Shown in pieces: positions 36,534-45,163 of a stretch of DNA of 64,000 nt. The stretch's first letter is position 1. Each line of letters starts with the position of its first letter. The position numbers and the translations under genes were made by a program. The notes below the pieces were generated by a model. It had not been told where the DNA came from. It saw nothing but the letters and a program-made list of their open reading frames with translations, and searched no databases. This DNA comes from Candidatus Sulfopaludibacter sp. SbA3 (GTDB taxonomy: Bacteria; Acidobacteriota; Terriglobia; Bryobacterales; Bryobacteraceae), in NCBI GenBank assembly GCA_945890485.1, contig CAMDCN010000004.1, positions 353,813-417,812 of the forward strand, read 5' to 3'.

Positions 36534-37451
36534 CTATAACTGGCCGCTCAGCAACTTTTCCAGGAACCCTCGCTGCACCGCCCAGCGGCCCGTGACGACA
36601 GATCTTTCGCGAGCAAACGTGCCGCTCGTTAAAATGCCACTCAAGTCAGAGGAGTTCGGTTTCTGCTGCACATTCTCGAGGTACTTGCGAAACACCTCGG
36701 TCACTCCGCGCAGTTGGCTCTCTAAACCACCTGCCGCTCCCTCCGTCGCGCATTCGGCGCGCAAGCGCAGCTCAGCGCCGTCACCAGAGGATTGCAGACC
36801 CAAGGTGACTACCTTGGCGTCTCCCAAAGCCTTCACAAAAAGCTTCGTCCCAGCCGGCAGGGACTCGTTGTTGCGTAAGGCTTCCCCAAAGCCGCCCGCC
36901 CAGACCGGAGCGTCGGGCGGCGGCAATAAGTTGGGAATGTTATCTTGCAGTTTCAGCACGGCCCAGTCGTTCGTAGAAACGGCCATGCCAATCATCGAAT
37001 TATGAAGCGGGGTGAAAGAGACCACCCGCTTTGGCGTGGTCGCCGGCATCCGGCAAACGCCATTGCGGCAAATCCCGTTCGATCGCTTGGTATGCGCCTG
37101 AATGGCCTTCCAGTCAAAACGTCCGGTCGCGACGATGAACACTTCAGAGTTCGCAAATCCGACAAGCGCCGAATCGAGGTCGGCGCGATAGTCAAACCCT
37201 GTCGAAGCGACAAAAGCCCGATAATCGGCGTCCTCCGTTACATTCTGCCCGGAAAGCAGCGCCATGAGTCCGGACTTTCGCAGGCTCTCAAAATCCAGAT
37301 ACACGGCGCTGGTCCCAGCGGGTAACCGGTTCATCCGTTCAGCTAAGGAAGGAACCTTGCGCGAACGGTTCCAAACTAAGCCGCCGGCGATGGCTGCGCA
37401 AGCAACCACCACCAAAATCGCGGCTGTCCAATTGTGCCAACGGAAACGCAT
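36534..37451 (-). CDS. membrane-anchored hypothetical protein
   Basis: Single N-terminal TM helix (WTAAILVVVACAAIAGGLVW) followed by a 270-aa soluble domain. No family recognised. Confidence 0.6.
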   Translation of the reverse strand: MRFRWHNWTAAILVVVACAAIAGGLVWNRSRKVPSLAERMNRLPAGTSAVYLDFESLRKSGLMALLSGQNVTEDADYRAFVASTGFDYRADLDSALVGFANSEVFIVATGRFDWKAIQAHTKRSNGICRNGVCRMPATTPKRVVSFTPLHNSMIGMAVSTNDWAVLKLQDNIPNLLPPPDAPVWAGGFGEALRNNESLPAGTKLFVKALGDAKVVTLGLQSSGDGAELRLRAECATEGAAGGLESQLRGVTEVFRKYLENVQQKPNSSDLSGILTSGTFARERSVVTGRWAVQRGFLEKLLSGQL

Positions 37452-37468
37452 GGATAAAGCTTACACTG

Positions 37469-38518
37469 TTACGCCGTAACTGCTTCCCCTACGCGCGCAC
37501 TCTTCCACAACGAGATATAAGGCGCCAGTTCCTTCATCATTTTGCGGAACTGGTCCAGCGTCAGACTCTGCGCCCCGTCGCTGACGGCCTTCTCCGGGCA
37601 CGGATGCGTTTCGACGATCAGGCCATCGGCGCCAATCGCCACGCCCGCGCGACAGAGCGGCGGAACCAGGCTGCGTTTGCCCACCGCGTGCGAAGGATCG
37701 AGCACTACCGGCAGATGCGTCAACTCATCGAGCACCGAAACCGCCGTGATGTCGCAGGTGTTGCGGGTAGCCGTCTCAAAGGTACGGATGCCGCGCTCGC
37801 ACAGCATGATGTTCGGATTGCCGTGCGCCACAATGTACTCGGCCGACATCAACAGTTCTTTAATCTGCGCGCTCAGCCCGCGCTTCAGCATGATCGGACG
37901 GCCACAGGATCCCAGCCGCTTCAGCAGCGCAAAGTTCTGCATGTTCCGCGCGCCAATCTGCAGAATGTCCGCGTACTCGGCCACCAGGTCGACGTCCTTC
38001 TCCGCCATCACTTCGGTGATGATGGCCAGGCCGGTTGCCTCGCGCGCCTTCGCCAGCAGTTTCAACCCGTCGCCTTCCATGCCTTGGAAGTCATAGGGTG
38101 AGGTGCGCGGCTTAAATGCACCACCCCGCAGAATCTGCGCCCCGGCCTCAGCCACGGCGTAGGCCGACTCCATAATCTGCTTCTCATTCTCGACCGAGCA
38201 GGGCCCGGCCATCATCACGAAATCATCGCCGCCGATCTCGATCGGGCCGGTGTGCGTGCGCACCGTGATCACCGTCGGAGCGGATTTGTACTCTTTCGAT
38301 ACGAACTTGTAGGGCGCGGAGATGCGGACGGCCTTTTCGACCTGCGGCATCGCTTCGAGCGATTCCAAGCAATTGGTGACGTCACCGACACCGACCACTC
38401 CGATTACGCAGCGCTCTTCTCCTTCGATGGCATGGATTTTGTAACCGAAGTGACGGATGCGGTCGCATACGGCTTCGATATCTTCCTTGGTGCTGTGGAT
38501 TTTCATAGAAATGATCAT
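37469..38518 (-). CDS. 3-deoxy-7-phosphoheptulonate (DAHP) synthase, type I-beta with N-terminal ferredoxin-like regulatory domain
   Basis: The N-terminus parallels the Thermotoga-type enzyme ([17 protein letters not shown]...ERCVIGVVG). The catalytic barrel has the GPCSVE, KPRTSPY and LDPSH motifs. Confidence 0.92.
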   Translation of the reverse strand: MIISMKIHSTKEDIEAVCDRIRHFGYKIHAIEGEERCVIGVVGVGDVTNCLESLEAMPQVEKAVRISAPYKFVSKEYKSAPTVITVRTHTGPIEIGGDDFVMMAGPCSVENEKQIMESAYAVAEAGAQILRGGAFKPRTSPYDFQGMEGDGLKLLAKAREATGLAIITEVMAEKDVDLVAEYADILQIGARNMQNFALLKRLGSCGRPIMLKRGLSAQIKELLMSAEYIVAHGNPNIMLCERGIRTFETATRNTCDITAVSVLDELTHLPVVLDPSHAVGKRSLVPPLCRAGVAIGADGLIVETHPCPEKAVSDGAQSLTLDQFRKMMKELAPYISLWKSARVGEAVTA

Positions 38519-38553
38519 GGTTTTCTTCTGCCTCGAAAGAACGGATCTCCCCT

Positions 38554-38585
38554 AAACGCGAAAAACCCACTCTTCCGAGTGGGTT
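38554..38585 (-). terminator. intrinsic terminator (attenuator) in the DAHP synthase leader
   Basis: Minus-strand AACCCACUC-GGAA-GAGUGGGUU followed by UUUCGCGUUU, ending 35 nt upstream of the DAHP synthase ATG. Confidence 0.8.
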
Positions 38586-38635
38586 GGTTTTTTGGGTTGA
38601 GAACTTTTTGTCCTACCGCCGGGCCAACGCCACTC
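38577..38635 (-). promoter_or_regulatory. antiterminator pairing competing with the attenuator stem
   Basis: GAGUGG-c-GUUGG (38635-38624, inside the leader ORF 3' end) is complementary to CCAAC-CCACUC (38587-38577), the 5' arm of the terminator. This gives 11 bp with one bulge. Confidence 0.55.
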
Positions 38636-38696
38636 GCTCGATTTGGTAATACCACCAAAATCGAAACGTGGGAAAATTGGCGCCCGGGGCTGACAT
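38613..38696 (-). CDS. aromatic-amino-acid leader peptide (27 aa)
   Basis: ATG 38696 to TAG 38613 encodes MSAPGANFPTFRFWWYYQIERVALARR, checked codon by codon. F8, F11, F13, W14, W15, Y16 and Y17 are clustered. It sits between a promoter-like element and the attenuator. Confidence 0.65.
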   Translation of the reverse strand: MSAPGANFPTFRFWWYYQIERVALARR

Positions 38697-38704
38697 CTGA
38701 ACCT

Positions 38705-38733
38705 AGTGTACACAGACCTCAAAAAGATTGCAA
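38705..38733 (-). promoter_or_regulatory. sigma70-like promoter TTGCAA-N17-TACACT
   Basis: Hexamers read on the minus strand with a 17-nt spacer. The -10 element ends 8 nt before the leader ATG, implying a very short or absent 5' UTR. Confidence 0.4.
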
Positions 38734-38787
38734 GAGGCAGTAAATAGGTTATTTTTGCGTTACACCTAGCCGAGGTGTTATCGGCCC

Positions 38788-39366
38788 CTACCAGGCCCGA
38801 GACCAGCGTGGGCCCGGCTTAGCGTTTAGGTCCCGCAAGGCCGACTGCGCCTTCGCGTCCACCTCCAATTTTCGACCGAACAGCCATAGCAGATCGCTCA
38901 GGCGATTCAAGTACGCCAACACGTGCGGGGCCAACTCCTCTTCCTCGCCCAAGCGCACCACGTGGCGCTCCGCCCGGCGGCAGATCGTGCGCGCCAGATC
39001 GTAGGACGCCCCCGCCGGGTCGCCGCCCGGAACCGACCAATCACTCAGGAGGCCGGCCATCGCTTCATGCGCATGGACCTGGGCGGTAAGGGCGTCCACC
39101 ATCAATTCGGTCACCGGAGGCTCACCCTTTCGCGCGTCGGGCGGTGTCGCCAACGCGGCGCCCACCTGAAACAGCTCCTGCTGAATCGCGAGCGTCGCCG
39201 CGGCGATCGCCTCATCGGCGCATATCGACCGGGCAAAACCCAGCGCCGCGTTCAACTCGTCGACGGTTCCATAAGATTCAACACGTAGGGCGCCCTTCGA
39301 GACGCGTTGGCCCCCGACGAGGCTGGTCTGGCCGGCATCGCCGAGCTGGGTAGCAATAGATGACAT
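38788..39366 (-). CDS. ATP:cob(I)alamin adenosyltransferase, PduO type
   Basis: GDAGQTSLVGG...VSKGALRVESYGTVDELNAALG motif. I chose the start at internal ATG 39366 because the longer ORF would overlap the upstream DUF1501 gene. Confidence 0.85.
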   Translation of the reverse strand: MSSIATQLGDAGQTSLVGGQRVSKGALRVESYGTVDELNAALGFARSICADEAIAAATLAIQQELFQVGAALATPPDARKGEPPVTELMVDALTAQVHAHEAMAGLLSDWSVPGGDPAGASYDLARTICRRAERHVVRLGEEEELAPHVLAYLNRLSDLLWLFGRKLEVDAKAQSALRDLNAKPGPRWSRAW

Positions 39367-39373
39367 GAGGTGT

Positions 39374-40774
39374 TTAAGCGAAGAGACGGTTGTGAACTTT
39401 TCCCTTGCCATCCTTAGTGACGTAAAAGGGACGCTGTTCGATTTCGTATTTTGTGTCGGGAGCGATGCCAAGAGCTGAATAGAGGCTCGCGTGCAGATCT
39501 TCGATGCCGATCGGGTCCTTTATCGTTTTGCAGGGCCGCTCCGGCGCGGTCTCTCCATACACGGAGCCCTTTTTGATGCCGCCGCCGAACGCAAGCACGC
39601 TCACCGCGTCGGTAAAGTGACGGTGCATGCCGTAATGCTTCAAGTCGGTCATCACTTCGGGCACGGTCACCTGATTCTTTACTTCGAGGCCCGGCTTGCC
39701 CTCTGTCATCATGTCCCGGCCAAACTCGGTCGCCACCACGACAAGCGTCGTATCCAGCAGACCGCGCTGTTCGAGATCGAGGATCAACTGGGCAATCGGC
39801 GCGTCGATCGTCTGTTTCATCCCGCGGACGCGCGTGTGACCATTCTCGTGGGTATCCCAGAATCGGAACGGGATGTATTCGGTGGTCACTTCGATAAACC
39901 GGGCGCCCGCTTCCACCAGCCGGCGGGCCAGAAGGCAGCCAAGGCCAAACCGCGAGGTGTTGTAGGTGCTATAGATCTTCTCCGGTTCAAGAGACAAGTC
40001 GAAGGCCTTCGCGGCTGGTGAGGTGAGCAACCGGTGGGCGTTGTCGAGCGAGTTCAGGAAGCTCTCTTTCTGGGCGTCGCTTCCCCGGTGAATCGGCGAA
40101 GCAGCCAGCAGCTTGCGATGCAGCTCCCGCCGGCTGGTGAATCGGCTTTGGCCGATCAGCTCATTCGGCCGCGTCACCGCAACGGCATCGCGGGGGTCGA
40201 CAATGTGGAACGGACCATACTCCGCGCCGAGGAAACCCGCCGTATGAAACGCCTTTACGGCATCGGACTCGCCGCCAATCTCCAGGTTCTGGCCGATCGA
40301 AAGAAACGCGGGAATATCCGGGTTCTTCTTGCCTAGGGTTCGCGCCACGAACGCCCCAAAATGCGGGCAGGCCACGCTCTGCGGCGGGGCGTAGCCGGTG
40401 TGCCAGTGGTATTGATGCCGCGAATGCAGAATGAACCCGAGATCACCCACCCGGTGTGACCGGATCAGCGTCCCGCGATCCATCACGCTGGCGATCTTCT
40501 CCAAACCCTCCGATATCTGCACCCCATCAATGGCGGTGGGGATCGGCTTGAATGTGGAGAGCACCCGGTCGCTGGCCAAACCCGATTCGTAGGCCGTATA
40601 CCGTTTGGGGTCGAACGTCTCGGTTTGCGCCATGCCACCGGCCATCCACAGCAGAATCATGCTGTCGGCCTTGCCCGAGCGTGGCGCCGAAAGCAGCCGG
40701 GGACTGTTGCCGTGCAACGCAGCGAGCGTGGCCGCCGCTCCATGGCGAAGGAAAAAGCGGCGATCAATCGACAT
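39374..40774 (-). CDS. DUF1501 domain-containing protein (sulfatase-like fold) with Tat signal
   Basis: N-terminus MSIDRRFFLRHGAAATLAAL. It shows the typical DUF1501 length and the pairing downstream of a PSD1/DUF1553 gene. Confidence 0.88.
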   Translation of the reverse strand: MSIDRRFFLRHGAAATLAALHGNSPRLLSAPRSGKADSMILLWMAGGMAQTETFDPKRYTAYESGLASDRVLSTFKPIPTAIDGVQISEGLEKIASVMDRGTLIRSHRVGDLGFILHSRHQYHWHTGYAPPQSVACPHFGAFVARTLGKKNPDIPAFLSIGQNLEIGGESDAVKAFHTAGFLGAEYGPFHIVDPRDAVAVTRPNELIGQSRFTSRRELHRKLLAASPIHRGSDAQKESFLNSLDNAHRLLTSPAAKAFDLSLEPEKIYSTYNTSRFGLGCLLARRLVEAGARFIEVTTEYIPFRFWDTHENGHTRVRGMKQTIDAPIAQLILDLEQRGLLDTTLVVVATEFGRDMMTEGKPGLEVKNQVTVPEVMTDLKHYGMHRHFTDAVSVLAFGGGIKKGSVYGETAPERPCKTIKDPIGIEDLHASLYSALGIAPDTKYEIEQRPFYVTKDGKGKVHNRLFA

Positions 40775-42842
40775 ACTGAAACTCCGGATGGTTGATCAAA
40801 ATCCACAACAGATCTTCAACCTCGGCCTTCTGGGCCAATTCGCGTTCCGCTGGCGCCGGCGGACGGCCGAGCATCTGCAGGAAAAGATCATCCACCAATT
40901 TGGCGGGTTTTCGCTGTGGGACAGGGGGTGCGTCAGTGATCCGCGCCAGCAGGTTCCGGTCCGGCGCCGACGGGAAGATATAGCCGCGGACGGCACTGTT
41001 GATGTCGCTTTGCTTGCCGGAAGGGTCCATTTCCAACGCTCCGGTCAACCGATGCTCGCCTGGGGGAATGATTAGCTTCACTACCTTGCCCAGACGGCCC
41101 TCTACCGTCACCGGTTTCCCGTCCAACTGTAAATCCAGCCAGCGGACCACGGTCCGATCGGGGTCAAAGCTGCCGATGTCGTCCACCAGGAAGTGGAGTT
41201 CCGGGCCCCTGACCGCAATATCGAACGGCCGCTTCCCTTCCCGGCGCAGCCCCGAGCTATCCCACAAGCTCTGCGGCGCGGCCGGCAACATCCCGACGAG
41301 GCGCTGGGCGCCCCGCCGCAACTGCTGATGGATCGTAACGCCGTTCACCAGCTCCAGCGCCTGCAGCGTCGAGCTTTCCGAGTTCCGCGTCGTGATCACC
41401 TGGTCGCGCATCGGCCGGCCCAACGCTCGGGTGAGTGCCGTACTCCGCAACTCCCATTCGCGGGCAAAGCGCGCCGAGGTGTCCGTCTGCACCACACGCC
41501 ATTCGCCGGTAATTGCCGACAGCGTATCGACGATCTGTTCGGCGGTCAGCCGCCGGGGCACCGGGCCGCGAAATTTCGTCGTCAGATTTTCTTCGGCTGG
41601 CTGTTGCCAGGCGCGACTCGTCATGATGAGCTTCACAAGCCGGTGGATGTCATAGTCGCGAGCGAAATCAACGGCGAGCCAGTCGAGCAGATCGGCATTG
41701 AACGGCTGCGCGTCCATATCGTCCACCGGTTCCACAATCCCTCGGCCAAACAGCTTGGCCCAGATCCGGTTCACGAAAGTGCGGGCCAGGCGGCCATTCT
41801 TAGGGCTGGTGAACAAGGCGGCGGCATCGGCGCGGCGGTTCTCCCCGACGGGCGGCCCCACGGCCGGAAACAGAAACTGGGGACCCACCTTTTCGCCGGT
41901 TTTCACGTCGCAGCGATAGAGGTCGAGCTCCCGCTCCTCACTGAAGAGGGCCGCCATGCCGTAGGCCTGCTTGAGCTTGTATTGGTTGATGAAGGAGTCG
42001 TGACAACTGGCGCACTTCAGATTCACGCCCAAAAACACCTGCGCCGTATTCTGCGCCGCCTGAATCATCGGCAGTTGGCTGGCGTTCACGTCGCCGCGCC
42101 AATTGATGCCCAGCAGGAAGCCTTCGGGCGATTCGGGGCCGACCGGATTCACGAGTTCCCGCACCATCTGGTCGTACGGCATGTTCGCGTTCAAGGCCTT
42201 GATCAGCCAAGGCCGGATCGTTTTTTCCCCACCATGGTAGGCCCGCAGATCATCCCGCAGCAGATCGTTCCAGAAGCTGATCCAATGGCCGGTCACCATC
42301 TTGCGGTCGGCCAGCAGCGTATCTACCAGCTTGGCGCGATTGCCGTCGAAGCTGCGGAACTGCTCGGGGGTCGGGGTGATTCCCCAGAGATCAAGGTAGG
42401 CCCGGCGGACAAAAACGGCATCCGGCACGGACTTACCACTAAGTCCCTGATTATAAAGCAATTTATCAATTGGGTTCGTTTCGTAATTTGCAGGCAGGGC
42501 GACCACGCGAGGCTCGAGCGGAGCCTGCCATCCAGACGGCGCTTTCTTTGCGACGTCCGTCCATGGCAGGTCCGCCTTCACCCACGCTTCGATCGTGGCA
42601 ATCTGTTTTTCGTCCAGGCCCTTGCCCGTCGGCGGCATCGGCAACCCGGCCTCGCCCTTGATCCGGGCGACGATCTCGTCTTTGCCCTTCAGTGCGCCTT
42701 CCCGCGTGGCGAGCGAGAACCCGCCCTGCGGCGTCGCGCCGCTATGGCAGCCTAGGCAACGCGAAGCCAGAATCGGATGCACCTCGGTCGCGAAATCCAC
42801 GGCTCCGAGCGAGCCGGCAACGAAAAACAGAAGCCACCGCAT
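40764..42842 (-). CDS. PSCyt1 + DUF1549 + DUF1553 (PSD1) domain protein
   Basis: N-terminal haem-binding-like CLGCHSG motif and a second CASCHDSF motif characteristic of DUF1549. It overlaps the DUF1501 start by 11 nt. Confidence 0.88.
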   Translation of the reverse strand: MRWLLFFVAGSLGAVDFATEVHPILASRCLGCHSGATPQGGFSLATREGALKGKDEIVARIKGEAGLPMPPTGKGLDEKQIATIEAWVKADLPWTDVAKKAPSGWQAPLEPRVVALPANYETNPIDKLLYNQGLSGKSVPDAVFVRRAYLDLWGITPTPEQFRSFDGNRAKLVDTLLADRKMVTGHWISFWNDLLRDDLRAYHGGEKTIRPWLIKALNANMPYDQMVRELVNPVGPESPEGFLLGINWRGDVNASQLPMIQAAQNTAQVFLGVNLKCASCHDSFINQYKLKQAYGMAALFSEERELDLYRCDVKTGEKVGPQFLFPAVGPPVGENRRADAAALFTSPKNGRLARTFVNRIWAKLFGRGIVEPVDDMDAQPFNADLLDWLAVDFARDYDIHRLVKLIMTSRAWQQPAEENLTTKFRGPVPRRLTAEQIVDTLSAITGEWRVVQTDTSARFAREWELRSTALTRALGRPMRDQVITTRNSESSTLQALELVNGVTIHQQLRRGAQRLVGMLPAAPQSLWDSSGLRREGKRPFDIAVRGPELHFLVDDIGSFDPDRTVVRWLDLQLDGKPVTVEGRLGKVVKLIIPPGEHRLTGALEMDPSGKQSDINSAVRGYIFPSAPDRNLLARITDAPPVPQRKPAKLVDDLFLQMLGRPPAPAERELAQKAEVEDLLWILINHPEFQYVD

Positions 42843-42851
42843 TTGTTTAGC

Positions 42852-43994
42852 CTAGACCTTAACCCACTTCTGCTTCTTGGCTGACTCCGCCACTTTTTCG
42901 AGCAGAATCATGCCGCGGAGACCATCTTCAAACGTCGGATAGTCCACCGGAGCGGAGGCGTCTGCCACCTTGCGGTAGAAGCGCTTGTAGAGGGCCTTGT
43001 GCGAATCGTCGTAGCCCTCGCTGTGGCCGCCGGGGAGTTCGGCGTATTCGGCCGCCTTCGGATGCAGCAGCGAACCGTCTTTGACGATCAACTGGTTCGG
43101 CGTGTTCCGGTGCCCGATCCAGAGGCGATCCGGCTCCTCCTGGTTCCATGACACGCCGGCCTTGGTGCCGAAGATCTCAAACGCAAACTTGTTCTTGCAA
43201 CCGGCCGCCACTTGGCTAACGGTGAACGCGCCGCGGGCGCGATCGCCAAGGTGCAGCATCACGGCGCCCCAGTCGTCGGTCGTGATTTCGACGTCGTCGT
43301 AGTCCTTCGGCTTCAGCTTCTTGCCGGCAAAGGTCTGGATGGCTACCTTCGGCTTTTTGCGGGTCTTATGGAACGTAGCGAGGTCGGCGCAGACGCCCGT
43401 GATGGGCAACCCAGTCAGATGCTGGATCATGTCCATCCAGTGGGAGCCGATGTCGCCCATCGCGCGGAGCTCGCCGTTACGCTCGCCCTCGATGCGCCAG
43501 TTATAGTCCGTCTCAAAGAGCAGCCAATCCTGCGAGTAGGTTCCCTGCACGTGCAGGATCTCGCCGAGTTCGCCCGATTCAATGATGCGGCGGATGTGCT
43601 GGACCACCGGGTAGTAGCGGAGGTTGTGGCAAACCGCATTCGGCAGGTTCTTCTTTGCGGCGAGCGCCACCATGGCTTTGGCTTCCTTCGAGGTCACCGT
43701 CAGAGGCTTTTCGCAGAGGACCGCTTTGCCGGCTTCGAGGGCGGCCATCGACATGGGATAGTGCAGCGCGTTCGGAGTGAGAACATGGACGGCGTCGATC
43801 GAGGGATCGGCCAGCAGGGTCTTGTAGTCGCCGGTCGAGCGCTCAACGCCCATGGACTCGGCAAACTTCTTGGCCGAGGCATCCGAGGAGCCGGCGACGG
43901 CAACAACCTCGACGTTGCCTAGCCGGCGCACGCCTTCAATGTGAACACGGCCCATAAAACCGGTGCCGATGATTGCGGTGGTCACTTTTTTCAT
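42852..43994 (-). CDS. Gfo/Idh/MocA family oxidoreductase
   Basis: GTGFMGRVH Rossmann N-terminus and the VLCEKPL motif. Confidence 0.9.
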   Translation of the reverse strand: MKKVTTAIIGTGFMGRVHIEGVRRLGNVEVVAVAGSSDASAKKFAESMGVERSTGDYKTLLADPSIDAVHVLTPNALHYPMSMAALEAGKAVLCEKPLTVTSKEAKAMVALAAKKNLPNAVCHNLRYYPVVQHIRRIIESGELGEILHVQGTYSQDWLLFETDYNWRIEGERNGELRAMGDIGSHWMDMIQHLTGLPITGVCADLATFHKTRKKPKVAIQTFAGKKLKPKDYDDVEITTDDWGAVMLHLGDRARGAFTVSQVAAGCKNKFAFEIFGTKAGVSWNQEEPDRLWIGHRNTPNQLIVKDGSLLHPKAAEYAELPGGHSEGYDDSHKALYKRFYRKVADASAPVDYPTFEDGLRGMILLEKVAESAKKQKWVKV

Positions 43995-44039
43995 ATCCTC
44001 ACTGTATCTTACAGTGGGCTATGCTGTTAGCAGTTCGCG

Positions 44040-44318
44040 ATGAAGGTAAAAATCCGTTTGGCCCCCGGGCCCAGAGTGAAGCGGGAAGGCACCCGGAACC
44101 AGCGTTTGGCGTTGGCGACGGCGGCTTTACTGACCCCGTTCTCCCTAATGGCATTCGCCCTCGGATTCTGGCGTCTGGCGGCCGATATGAACTGGGCGAA
44201 ACAGTTTGCTTTCACCGAAGGGCCTCTGTCGCACTGGCAGGTCTGGATCGGCGCGGGGCTGCTATTGCAGGCAGGGGCGGTGGCGCTCAATCGCTACGGA
44301 ACGCCATCGGCTGAATAG
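44040..44318 (+). CDS. small hypothetical membrane protein
   Basis: Two hydrophobic helices. It lies upstream of and co-oriented with the rhomboid gene. No family recognised. Confidence 0.45.
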   Translation: MKVKIRLAPGPRVKREGTRNQRLALATAALLTPFSLMAFALGFWRLAADMNWAKQFAFTEGPLSHWQVWIGAGLLLQAGAVALNRYGTPSAE

Positions 44319-44382
44319 GGAACCATTTGGGCTCGTGATGCATCTTTAACGTTGTTCGAGTACTGCTATTCTGAAGAGGTTC

Positions 44383-45147
44383 ATGGGCTCCCCGTTTCGC
44401 TCCTTTTCGTCGGGTTCGTCATCTTCGGGGTTGGTAACCCCGGGCGTGAAGTGGTTGCTGATCAGCAACACGGCGATATTTGTCTTTACGCTGCTGGCGA
44501 AGGCGTTTGGGGGGCTGCAGTTTCAACCGCTCAAGCTGATTCCTCAGGACGTGTTCTCTGGGATGATCTGGCAACTGGTGACCTACCAGTTTCTGCATGA
44601 CGTGAATGGCTTTCAGCACATTCTCTTCAACATGGCTTCGCTCTTCTTCCTCGGGCCGATGCTTGAGAGCACGTGGGGGACGCCTCGGTTTCTGAAGTAC
44701 TACCTACTATCCGGCATCGGCGCCGGCATCGTTGTTTGCTTGGCCAGCGTGCCGCTCGGGGCCATTGACCAGCCGACGATCGGCTGCAGCGGAGCAATTT
44801 TCGGCCTGATGATTGCCTACGGCATGCTGTTTCCGAACATCCTGTTTTTCGGAGCGATTCCGGCAAAGTATTTCGTGATGGTCTTTGGAGCCATCAGCGT
44901 CCTGGGAGCGATTGCCATGGACGGTTCTCGCGTCAGCTACGTCGCCCATCTGGGTGGGCTGCTCACTGGCTGGCTCCTGATCAAGATGGGGATTCTGCAA
45001 AAGCTCGGCGGTAAGCCTGGAGCGCCGTGGGACCCAATGGCTTCGTTTCGGCAACAGCATAAAGAGTGGAAGCTTCGCCGGGCTCGAAAGAAATTTCAGG
45101 TGTACATGAAGCAGAAGAGTGGCCGCGACCCGTTCGACGTTCAATAG
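44383..45147 (+). CDS. rhomboid family intramembrane serine protease
   Basis: GCSGAIFGLM (GxSG) and a downstream AHLGGLLTG catalytic His motif; six TM helices. Confidence 0.85.
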   Translation: MGSPFRSFSSGSSSSGLVTPGVKWLLISNTAIFVFTLLAKAFGGLQFQPLKLIPQDVFSGMIWQLVTYQFLHDVNGFQHILFNMASLFFLGPMLESTWGTPRFLKYYLLSGIGAGIVVCLASVPLGAIDQPTIGCSGAIFGLMIAYGMLFPNILFFGAIPAKYFVMVFGAISVLGAIAMDGSRVSYVAHLGGLLTGWLLIKMGILQKLGGKPGAPWDPMASFRQQHKEWKLRRARKKFQVYMKQKSGRDPFDVQ

Positions 45148-45163
45148 GAGTAAAGTGACCATC

